Part shown: in pieces, positions 36,665 to 48,779 of the stretch
Position numbering within the stretch: the first letter of the stretch is position 1
How the letters are laid out: every line of letters starts with the position of its first letter
NCBI GenBank assembly: GCA_030704615.1
Contig: CM060733.1
Span: 15,500,001-15,564,000 of the forward strand
DNA: 64,000 nucleotides
Reading direction: 5' to 3'
Source: Takakia lepidozioides
Lineage: Eukaryota > Plantae > Bryophyta
Position numbers and translations under genes: made by a program
Notes under the pieces: model-generated
Databases searched by the model: none
What the model was told of the DNA's origin: nothing
What the model saw: only the letters and a program-made list of their open reading frames with translations

Positions 36665-38744
36665 TGCATACTTAGTGCGGCTTAGCTAGCTCAGGAATCC
36701 GATTGCAAAAACTTGTGTTGTATAAATTTTGTTATATAAATGAAATGGTTTCCAAATGTTGTGCTTTCTATTTTGTTTGGAATGGTGATGCATGGTATGG
36801 TTGGCTAGTGTGGAGAATGCATGCTAGCTTACAAAAGTGGGAGAGATAAATTAGATTAATCGTGTGTTTGCGTAGTGCCGAAATCGCAGGTGGAATGCTT
36901 TACGCTCCACCACATTGGGATGCTTTTTGGGGCGTCCAATGGTCCCAAATGTTTCCTATGTGTCTTGGATTGGTTCCACATGTTTGAAGTCATTGTCATT
37001 ATTGTACCTGTACAACAAATTCCATGAAAGTTGGATTGCAAAGGGGTAACTGAAGGAACAATGACAGAGGAGTAGGTACCAGACTACATTGAGCGTCGCC
37101 ATAACGATGACTATACATTGCGAGTGTTGGGATCCGTTGTGCATACAGCTGATTATCATACTGCAATCGTGTTCTTGGGCGATCGTATTTCGAAGTTTGC
37201 TAGTGATAAGTCTGAAAATTTGTTTGAGCAAATAGTGGATATACTTGAACACTCAGAAATCACATCACCGGAGAAAAACACGAGGAGATATGTTGGTCTC
37301 GATGAAACCAACAATGTGAAGCATATTTAGGGTCGGGTACAGATTGTCTTGGATGGGATCGAAGACGACATTATGGTGGCGAGTGATTCTATTGTTGTCG
37401 TTCTTTAACGATATGCAAAAGTAATGGAATACATCGTGAAGTATCACGACAACCCCTGTTTGTTTAACTAGAGAGAGGATAATGAATTTGCAACATGGGT
37501 AGAACAGAAGACACATTTGTTGGTACACCTTCGCAATCCCAACTTCTCCAAAAATTTTCCGTTCATTTCTTTTCTTGCAAAACGATCTCTCATGGATTGT
37601 TCTCGAGGTATGGATCGTGATTTATGGATTTTAGATAAAAAAAAATGGGAGAGGTGGTTGCGCAAGGATCCGGTGATAAATGATATCCTCGATTCGTCAA
37701 TGATTGCAATAGAATTGGTCCAGCCTACCGATTATCCCCATATGGATGACCCTGCAGGACCTCCCGGCCGAGCAATTTTTGACACATTGATTGAATGTAC
37801 TACACCTAATGATGCTCACATAAATTTTGCTGGCATCCTACGGACACATTTATGCAATGCTCAGCTTTTAGGGGGTGCAGGGAGACCAATTTAGAGTTGT
37901 GGTGCTTTGTACTGCCGCAAGAGGCTTTATGATTTAGTGAGATTGCACTGCGGGTTTATAGGAGGGAACAAGTTTTTAGAATTGTTTATGCTACTTATTG
38001 AACTACATTGGTCTTGAATTTTGACTATTACTTGGTTGTACCTTACATAGTGAATTTCTCTTTCAAATGCATCATTTGATAACTCACATGTACGTGAAGT
38101 CTACGAGTTATGTTTGTCCATAAAAACAAAACCTTTGCCTAAATCAGACTGCTCTTTGGGTGATTTTCACATGTATCATGAAAGCCCTAGTTTGTTAGTT
38201 AGATTTTGATGGGATTTCATGTGGATATTGTATTTTACAATGAACTCCATTCATGTTCATGCAAAGCCAGCATTGAGTGGAGAACGCGCATGGTAAATTT
38301 TCACAAACCTATGCACATGAGCCTTTTCGCAAGGGTTTTAAATATTCTCCTACTAACATGACAAACATTAATAGGTTCGTTGGATTATTCTAGACTCTAG
38401 TGACGACTGAAAGTCGGAAACTAGTTTTAATGTAAAACAAGAATATGGCCATAGTACCATAGTGACATATCATCATTGCCATATCGTCGTCGTCATTTTT
38501 TAAGCTATCTAAAAAAAATGAATTATGAAATTTATTTATTTTTTCTAATATTATTATTTTTCTTTATTTTGTTTCCTTCACAATTTTATTATTATTATTT
38601 AAATTAAAAAAATGACAACTCACTGATCAAGCCCCCTTAATTATAGTGAGAGGAGAAAATAATCTCTTTCAGTGTAACCTCACTGTGAAGGTTACTCATG
38701 GAACACGGCCTAAAAGAATGAAGATAAAACATACTATACCCAAC

Positions 38745-39362
38745 ACTAGTGGCTGCACTAGTGGTGGCTAGTGGCAGCCTAGTGGTGGACTAGTGGTGCC
38801 TAGTGACAGCCTTCTCAAGAGGTGGTGTCAAGCATCCCATGTGCCAACCTTTTGAGCATCGATCACACACCAGCATAGTGGCAGCACCACGAGCATGCCC
38901 ACATAGCATGCAACGCAATCCTACATGTACCACTGCAAGGTTGGGATCTATCATCCCATCCACATGTGGAAGGTGACATGGCGCACAATTACGCACATGG
39001 TCCTTCCATACCATGCTATCTCGACCCTCCAGAATCAACACTCCTAAAGGCAACACCTCCCTGACCCTTAGAATCACACGTCCTGCTGTGACATCCAAGG
39101 TCGTAGGCGCTGTCTGCAGCAAATACACATAGTCCCCAGGGTGGAAACGCCGAACACCTGGCCGATATCCCCCTCCACGTATAGTGACATACCTCAATGT
39201 GTCTCGGTGTTGGGCAATAGCAAGATTCTCAAAAGCCATAGGCATGACTCTCTTCAACAATTCTGCCCGCTGGGCACATGCTTGTGTCCACACATCCGGA
39301 TCATCAAGGTTGAGGACTATTGCAGCCTCCCTGCGAATAGACGCAAGCAAATCTGGCAAATC
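38745..39362 (-). mobile_element. Third, more diverged fragment of the DNMT-Gypsy family (integrase C-terminus and PHD) joined to an ACTAGT array
   Basis: ORF 38790..39359 is paralogous to the C-terminus of 30667..32514 (MAFENLAIAQHRDTLRY, CMLC...CDRCSKGWHMGC). Confidence 0.88.
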
Positions 39363-39410
39363 TGGCCCTCAAAGACTTAGAGGGACCTAAGCGCCAGCTA
39401 GGGGGGCGAT

Positions 39411-39616
39411 TGTGATGGACTAGTGGCAGCACTAGTGGTGGCTAATGGTAGCCTAGTGTTGGACTAGTGGCTGCACTAGTGGTGACTAGTGGTTGTCCAG
39501 TGGCAGCCTAGTGGTGCACTAGTGGTGCACTAGTGATAGACTAGTGTTTGGTGTGCACATATATTGTGTGGTTTGGATAGCAATGTAGTTGTGTAGCGAT
39601 ATGTATGCGCACGACA
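39411..39616. repeat. LTR-like direct-repeat block (CTAGTG/ACTAGT array plus conserved tail ending GCGCACGACA); further copies at ~30022-30197 and 48480-48655, partial at 38745-38805
   Basis: TGTG(A)TGGACTAGTG...GATGTAGTTGTGTAGCGATATRTATGCGCACGACA is seen at both ends of copy B and at the left end of copy A. Confidence 0.75.
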
Positions 39617-40104
39617 ACTGTCAAGTTATTTTACCACTAGTGTGAAGTTAGCTAGGAAATAGCTAGCTTCTATATATTGACATTTGGGATTGACCCAAGT
39701 GTCAATCCAGGGGCCAATACATGTTTGGGCACCTAGCGTTGTTATCTTCACGGCAGGTCGCGGTGGGCTCATCTTTATCGAGTTGAGCCTCACCGCGCCT
39801 AGCTATGGCGCCGTCGTGTGGATTCCCCATGGTGTGGGGTGCACTTGGCTTGACTTGTATTTGAGTGATGAGGTTATATATGCATGAGTTTATGCTTCAG
39901 CTTTGTGAGCTCGCATGAGCTTGTGCTTGTATTCTTCTTCAGATCAAGAGGCCGGGTGCAAGAGTTGCCCCATCGTTAGTCGCCGTCTTGCAACCTGTGA
40001 ACTTGAGTTTGGGATCTCGTGTATTGACTCCTATGAGATTTGACTCCTATGAGATTGGCCTCCCATGTCTTGTTAGCTGCCTCCAGTCATGTCCACTGCC
40101 ACTA

Positions 40105-40251
<147 letters not shown>

Positions 40252-43200
40252 TCACCAGGGCTAAACCTCCGAACCCCAGGACGATATCCTCCACCACGTA
40301 TAGTGACATACCTCAACGTATCACGGTACTGTGCAATGGCAAGGTTATCAAAAGCCATGGGCATGACTTTCTTGAACAACTTTGCACGCTGATCACATGC
40401 ACGTACCCACACGTCCAGATCGTCAAGGTTAAGGACTTGAGCAGTGTCCCTACGAATGGCTGCAGGAAAATCCGGCTCTTGGCCAAAGAGAAGGAAATAT
40501 GGTGAGAAGGAGGCAAGTGATGCTTGTTTGCTGAACATGTAGCCTATGGCTAACCAAGGAACCTGAAGATCCCAATCTCCTAGGTGTCCCTTCTGCAAGC
40601 CATACTTGCGCAAACCCCTCTTCACCGTCTGCACCACTCTCTCTGCCAAGCCATCGGCCTTAGGATGATCCCGAGAAGTGGTACGGTGGTCTATCAAGGC
40701 TTTATCACACAAAGCCTGAAACTCCCCCAAGAACTCTCTCCCTTGGTCCGTGAGTACCTCAGCTGGAGCACCAAATCGGCTAAGCACACGATCCAAGAAT
40801 GCATACGCAGCCCCCTCACTAGCCTTGTCAGGAAATGGAACCAACTCAGTCCACTTGGAGAAGTGCTCCACCATCACCAACATATATCTGTGGTGGCGCA
40901 TAGTCAGTGGCAACGGTCCTGCAAAGTCAAGACTCCACCTGTAGCCCAATCCCATGATTGGTAAAGGATGCAACTGTGGTGTAGGGGCGTTGAATGAAGC
41001 ACGCACCCTGTCACACACCATGCACCTAGCCACGAATTGTTGCACCTCTGTATGCATACCACGCCACCAATACTGCCCCTGCAGTAAATTGTGAGTGCGT
41101 CGCACTCCAAAATGCCCCAACTCCTCATGGGCATGCCGCACTAACCGTGCACGCTGTGTGGGGTGAGGAACAATTCTCACCCGACCATCCTCCCACACTC
41201 GAAGTAGGTGTATCCCCTCCCACTTGAACCTCTTGGTTTGTTGCAGGATCCGATCCCTCTCCCTGGCAGTCACAGTGGTTGCCGTGTCTCCCGTGCGGAG
41301 GTAGTCCAACACAGCCGAATCCTCATGTATATCTCTGGTACCACCTAGCTCATCACTAACCTTAGGGTCCTTAGGCACTCCGTCTACAGTCATCCCTGTT
41401 GTAAGTCCAACCTGACCTCCCGATGCCAAGATACACAAAAATGCAGATGCATGCCATCCCGGCACCATCTCCTCGTCCGTCTCACCATGCCACCGAGCTC
41501 CGGTGTCATCCTGCTGGCTCGTGCATGGATTGCGACTCAATCCATCCGCATCCCGATTGACCAAACCCGGTCGATGCACAACCTGAAAGTCATACTCCTG
41601 GAGTTTGAGTGCCCATCGTGCAAGCTTCCCCGTAAGCTTGTCTGACTCCATCAACCACTTGAGTGGCTGGTGATCCGTGACAAGGGTGAAAAGATTGCCG
41701 TATAAATAGCACCTGAAGTGTGCCACGGCCCACACTTCAGCTAAGCACTCTCCCTCATATGAGTTGTACTTAGCCTCTGCAGCATTGTTCGAGCGGCTAG
41801 CATAAGCCACTACGAATTCTCTTCCCTCATCATCCACCTGTGTGAGCACCACTCCAAGCCCCAGCATGCTCCAATCCGTATGCAGCTGAAAGGGACGCCC
41901 CCTGATAGGTCGTCTCAGGATAGGCGCCGAGGTCAACCTCACCTTTAGCTCTTGAAAAGCTCGTTCCTGCTCATCTTCCCACTGCCACTCCTAGTCCACC
42001 TTGGTCAACTTGGTTAGAGCCTTTGCAATGGTACTAAATCCCTTGACAAACCGTCTATAATAGTTTGCCAACCCCATGAAAGCTCGAACTCGGCTCACAT
42101 CCGTGGGGCGTGGAATTTGTGCAATGGCCTCTACCTTAGTCTGCTGTACCCCCAATCCTCCAGGATATATCATGTGACCCAGATACTCAATCTGGTTGTG
42201 GAAAAACTTGCACTTCCCCGGATGCAACTTCAATCCGTGCGCTCTCAAGCGCTCCAATACCACCTGAAGGTGTCTCTCATGCTCCTCTACCGTAACACTA
42301 AAGATGATGATGTCATCTATGTAGCACCGAGCAAAGTCCACCCCTGCTAGAATCCTATCCATGACTCTCTGAAACTCTGCAGGAGCAATGTTAAGCCCAA
42401 ATGGTAAGAACCGCCACTGATATAGGCAATCCTTGCCGTGCTCATTGATCCCCCAGAATGCCGTCTTCTACTTGTCCGCCTCCTTGATTGGCAACTGGTG
42501 ATATCCGGATCGTAAATCCAAAGTGCTAAAGACCTTAGCATGCCCAATGGCATCAAAGATCTCATTTGGTGTTGGCATGGCATACTTATTGGACTTGGTC
42601 TGACGATTTACAGGGCCGGTAATCACCGCACATACGTCTCTCCGTCCAATTGCCATAGACATCTTTCTTGGTTGGCATCACTGTGGCTGAAGCATACTCT
42701 CCACCAGAGAGCTCCACCAAACCTGCCTCCCAGAGATCTTGAGTCCTCATCTGAATCAAAGACCTTTCCATGTCACTGTATCTATAGGGTCTCCGAAAGA
42801 TTGGCGTGTCAGTGGCCAACTCAATACGGATCTCTTGACCCTTCAGTGCTCCCAAGTCTTTCAAACTGAAGGCAAAGCAATTCCTGTAAGCCCTCAGGAA
42901 CCGCCGTATACGTCGTCTCTCTCCTCCGGTGACAATGGGTCCAATGTCAGGCTCCCAATTGTCCTCCGTAACTGCAACCTTAAGTCCAGTGGGCTTAGAG
43001 GTAGAGGACGCGTCCAGTGGTTGCTATGTTGCAACCTCTTGAGCAGTACTCCCTACTTGCTCAGTCAGTGACAAGGCCTCATCCTGCCCCATCATCTCAT
43101 CCTCAAGGACTTCCTCCACTCGAGAAAAATCCCCAACCTCATCCATCACCGCCACCTTGGCTGCCAACTCCCTCTGAACCTCAAGCACCTCCCACGTGTG

Positions 43201-46200
43201 CCATGGATGCCTGCACCCCGTGGTCCTCACATGCTCGCCCCCACTCACTGCCTGTACCGTCTCGGTAGGCATAGAGACCATCGAGGGAAGTGTAATCCGC
43301 ACTTTGCGTTGCTCAGCCATAGCCAAGCTGATAATCCAGGTCAAGCAATTGAGATCCAGTGCTTGCCCCAACACCTGACGACGTGATGCCTTAGAATGAG
43401 ACGACACCGCCGTGGTACCAGTGGTAAAATCCATTACCCGCTCACGCTTGTCAGCATTAGGCTCCACTAACTGTTGCAACTGAGCATCCCACAGGAGGCC
43501 AGGTCCACTATCCTGGAAAGCATGCGATCCTGGGAAGCTGAGCAGTGTAGGTAATGCTGCTCGTGGTTGACCTACCTCTTTACCACTGCCAAAGGCGAAC
43601 GGTCATCGTGTCTCACACGCTGAGACTGCCTCCCTGTGTCCAAATTGCTATCCACTGTGAGATGTGCTGGCGGCTGCACCCCATCAAATGCACGCTTGAG
43701 CAGTGCGGGTGGCATCAAGTTAGTCCACCATAGCCGTGGACGATGAGCCCGTGACCCCACTGTAGCTGGATCTAGCAACACTGCTGACCCAAGCCATGAC
43801 CGGACTTGATGCATACTGGCCATCACCCTGGATCGAGAATCGCCCATCAGTGGCACATTCTCCAAGATGTATGCTAGAGATACAGCTTGATGAAGCTGCA
43901 AGTGGCGCAAAACCCGCACCATCTCCCAAAACAGACCCGACCTCGAGTCTCGCAATCCATTGTCATGCCCGGCTGATGAATGCCCTTGGCAGGGCCAACC
44001 TGCCACTACCAAATCAATGGAGCCAACCCGCTCCAAATCCTGCGCCCCCAACAACGAAATGTCTGCTGCCAAGGCCTGTTGATATCCACGAACTGCAGAC
44101 ACCGGCAACAACTCAGGGTACCGCTGCACCAACTGAGCAACATGGCAAAGTGAAATGCGTCGTGCAGTCTCATCCCTCTCCACATACAGGTAACGCCAAA
44201 CTCGTACACCTGCCTGTAACACAGCAGCCAATCCGGTCTGATCCCGCCAAACAAGTCCAGAAGACAAATGTCTTCATCCGGATACTGCCACACAATAGGT
44301 GTGGTGTCCAATGGAGACAACTGAGGTTGTCCTGGTGCAATCCCCGCACTCTCCTCCTCTCCTGACGGTACAAAAGCCTCCACCCAGGCTTGTTGCACCC
44401 GTCGATCAGCATCCCGCTACAAATCCTTGCTCGTGCCCCACAATGGAGTCTGAGCAACCATGGTAGGCAACTCCGCCATACCATACATGTCATCCTGCTC
44501 TCCCGGAGGTGGCACATCCTCTGAATGAGCGTTGCCCTCAAGCAACTCTCCAGGCCAACTCACTGCCACTATGAATGCTGCTAGTGTCGGCATCTTGCCT
44601 CGCTGGGCAACCGCAACTCCTCCTATGAACGTCACAAGGAGCTGCACACGCCGGCCCTCCCCTGACTGCCATGCAGGCCTATAGGAAGCTGACTCCGCCC
44701 AAAAATCCAGGGTGAAGCCCATGGGGTACAACACTGCCCCACCAACAAGGACATCGTACGAGACCGCGTCTGTCACAATGGCCTTGGCTCTCATCTCTGA
44801 GCCATCTGTAGGATGATCCGGCTGTAGTCTGATAGCCAACTCACGCTGTGTCATGCCCCGAGCCTGCTCTGATCCTCCCAGAGATGTCTGTATCTGGAAA
44901 GGGCACGGCTCCATATCCGCCTCCGTGAGGCCCAAGCCTGCAATAGCAGCTCTGCCCAGCATCAATGGTTGAGCTCCCGAGTCCAACAAGACTCGCAGTG
45001 GCCGGTACCTCTTGCCTGCCGGTCCACTCAAACAGAAAATGCCATCCTGGTTGTCTAACATAACAACTCTAGGTGTCACCATGGCGCGCTCAATGGCTGG
45101 CCTAGCTGGCAGCTCCATCAACCTAGCAACTGCAGCTTGCCATGGCGCCGCCGTGGCAGTCTTGACCCTCACATCCGAGGATCCCTCCGGCATTACACCT
45201 CCCACTATCTCCGTAGAAGATGAAGTAACCTCCCCACTCTCACAGAGTGTAGCTGCCAGCCTGAACACCTCAGCTGGTCTTACCCCCGGCGTCGCAATCA
45301 TGGTAGCCGAGAACAATGGAGCCTGACACACAGATGTGGCCGCTCCTAGCAGCACACTAGCTGCCGTAGCCTTGGCAACATTAGGTAATGGTGCTTCCCG
45401 TGTAGCTCTCCCCAATGGCATAGTAACCTCCGCCTCGGTAACAGTCGGACAAGAACTAGGTGCCATGGATGGCGTCGACACTGTCTCCACCAATGTGAAT
45501 GACTAAGGAAGCCAAAGCCTGATGGCTTGCCTCCCCACGTTGTGGATCCAACTGCACCTCTGCACCTTGTGGCTCAGGAACTCGTGCTGCTCCTCGAGTC
45601 ACGGCTGCAGCAGACTCCACCTGCACTAGTGGTAGTGCTGCTCCGCATATGAATCCCATGCCTCCCATATCTCCTCCCTCAGGAGCAGGAGGTGGACCAT
45701 CCGGCCTTGGAGCCGGTACCACCTGAGCTGTAGCCATGGCAGCGAGCCTCTGCTCTAGCTGCTGAAGCCGGTTGGCCAGGCCTTGGTCAACACCCTGACC
45801 TCCGCGTCCTTGGCCATGTTGAGCTTGCCCTTGGCCTGCACCTCGTCCTCTCTGGGCTGCTCCACCTCACCCCCGGGCACCATTGTTCCCTTGGAACTGG
45901 CCCTCTGCCTCCCTCTGGGCAATCCTTCTTGACATGGGGTCCTCCACATATCCAGCACACCACATCCGCCCGTTGTTGGCCAGCAAATGAAGGGAGAGAC
46001 CCCTGCATCTGAGGTCCTCTCTGCCCTTCCCTGAGCTTCACCTGAGCCCCCTTGTTGCCTTGAGCACGTTGAGGTAGTGGTTGGCTAGGAGCACCACTAC
46101 CCCGTGGTGTCTCCTTAGCAAATCCCACCATGACCACTCGTTCCTCCACCATGTTGAGCTCTATCCGCTCTGCCAGCAAAAACACATTTGCTAAGGTGGG

Positions 46201-47809
46201 TTGGGCCGCTTGTAGGAGAGTTGCATCCTGCACCCTTCTCCTCAGCTCCTTGTCCAATATCCCATACCAGAATTGGACTGCCTGAACTTCCGTAACCCCT
46301 TGGGTTACATTTATCAAGCGCCTCATGGGAGTGAAAGCCTCCCTCAAGCTCTCGGTCGGCTTCCGTTGGAACTCTTGCAAGCTCCGCAACTTCTCTGTCC
46401 TCACCCCTTGGTAGTTCCCTCTCAACTCTTTGAAGAACTCCACAACAGGGTTGAAGGCAGACACTGGTACTAGTGCTGGTGCGGTAGCGGCTTGGGTGGA
46501 CGTCGTAGCTACTGTACCACCAGTCCCACTAGTCCCACTGCTGCTTGCTGAAGCTGCCAGTGCAGCGGCAGGTGTAGCCACTGCCCTCGTGGCTCTAGTG
46601 CCCCTAGTGATGGAGACATAGTCGGGTGACCAGTACATCCTCCACTCCTCGATCTCAACCTCATGCCCCTACCTGAACTCATGGTAATCATCCATAGGGG
46701 GCCCCTCAAGGTGCTGAAACAGCCCCTTCCATGCCATGAAAGGCGTAAATAGTTGTGGATTGCGCATTTGCTGCAAATCACACCAACTATCAAACTCTTG
46801 GATAAAATCATCCAACTCGATGGTGCCCACCGCCCCAGAGTACCTTCGTGGCCCCTTGGTGGCTCCATATATCTCCTCCATTGTGTCCCACAACAATGGC
46901 AAGGAAACAACTTGCACCGCCGGTATGAGTCTTCCTGATTCACAATCCGAATCAGAACCTTCCGTAGAAGACACAGGAGGTGAAGGTGGCCTAAACCGCA
47001 CACCTCGTCTCGTGTACCCACTAGTATCGCTACTGCTCGAACCGGCACTGTCCCCAGCAACTAGTGGCACCTCCGTGTTGACAAACTGTCATTCAACCGG
47101 TCATGAACATGTCCCTAACCCCCTCTCCACAAGGTAACCGGGTAGAGAACCTGTTGCGGCTTATGGTTTGGAATACTAGGTTCCTAACATAGCCTACACC
47201 TGTACCTGCATCCACCGCAAGCACTCCTATGGTTGGCTGGTCATCACCTCCAACCTCACCACATGAGAAATAATGATGGTCTGGCTGGTCATCACCCCAG
47301 CCTTACCATTGACAGCATGCTCTAGGACTGGCCAGTGATCAAATCCGGACCAATCACCTATAAAAACAAGCGCCCACACAAAACTAGCATGGCGCACAGT
47401 CAAGCATGCAGGTATGGAGGGGATCCAAACACAAGAAATCAGAACGACAACTCCCCCACACCAAAAACAATTCCACGGTGTTGCTCCTGCAAGGACACCC
47501 CAGCCCAAACCCGGACTGACTCTTGCCTCCACCTACAGAAAGGTTTTGGCCTAATGAGAGGGTGGAAACTACAAAGAAGAGAAGCTAAAGCAATGCCTAA
47601 CCCCAGCATGCCCTCATCGCAACACTCTTCCTCTCCTCTCTTCCCTCACTTGCATGACCATGGGAATATCATGAAGATACTCCTCAAACCGCCCTCCACG
47701 AGCTTCAAAATTCGGCCTTCAAGACCACATGCCAGTCCTTAGGCAGTCCACCAGTGCCTCCACGAGTCAGCACAGGTCGTCCACAGGTCAACACGGGCCA
47801 CCACAGACT

Positions 47810-48465
47810 AGCACAGGCCCACACAGCTCACTGGTCATAGCCGTCACAGCCCCACACAGGCCACAACCCTACACAGGTCACAGGGTCACAGCCCCACAGG
47901 CCGCAGCCTGTCACAGCCCATCACAGCCCCAAAGGCCACATGTCACAGCCCATTACAACCCCAAATGCCATAGGCACAACCTGTCACAACCCTACAATGA
48001 ACACAGGGTCACAGCCCCAAAGGCCACAGCCTGTCACAGCCCCTCACAGCCCGTCACAGCCCCACAGGCCACATGGCACAGCCTGTCACAGCCCTCACAG
48101 CCCATCACGGCGTGTCACAGCCCGTCACAGCCCCACAGGCCACAGGCCACAGCCCACCACAGCCTGTCACAGCCCATCACAGCCCCACAGGGCACAGCCT
48201 GTCACAGCCGTCACAGCCCCACAGGCCACAGGGCACAGCCTGTCACAGCCCCTCACAGCCCCACAGGCCATATGGCACAGCCTGTCACAGCTCGCCACAG
48301 CCCATCACAACCCATCACAGCCTGTCACAACTCGCCACAGCCCCACAGGCCACAGGGCACAGCCCCTCACAGCCCCACAGGCCACTGGGCACAGCTTGTC
48401 ACAACCCGCCACAGCCCCTCACAGCCCCTCACAGCCCCACAGGCCACATGGCACAGCCTGTCACA
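47810..48465. repeat. CACAGCC/TGTCACAG minisatellite (~650 bp) in the 5' region of Gypsy copy B
   Basis: Dozens of CACAGCC(C/T), GTCACAG and CACAGGC units. These produce the spurious low-complexity ORFs at 47729-48537. Confidence 0.92.
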
Positions 48466-48779
48466 TGCCTCTTTATCTTTGTGTGGACTAGTGACTGCCA
48501 TAATGGGCAGCATAATGGCAGCCTAGTGACTGACTAGTTGTAGCCTAGTCGTTGGACTAGTGGTGGACTAGTGGTATACTAGTGTGTGGTGTGCACATGT
48601 GTTGTGTGGTTTTGGACAACGATGTAGTTGTGTAGCGATATATATGCGCACGACACATGATTGGCATTGTCAGTGACAACTTATTGCTTTATGCATCTAT
48701 GTAAGCTTTGTGTGATGTGGAATCTTTGCCTCTTGTAGTGATTCCGATGAATAGATACAGAGAACAATACCAAGAAATT

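Noticed and set aside
47729-48537. Three overlapping long ORFs rich in H/S/P/Q/T/A
   Set aside because: Translation of a stop-free minisatellite; not a credible gene.
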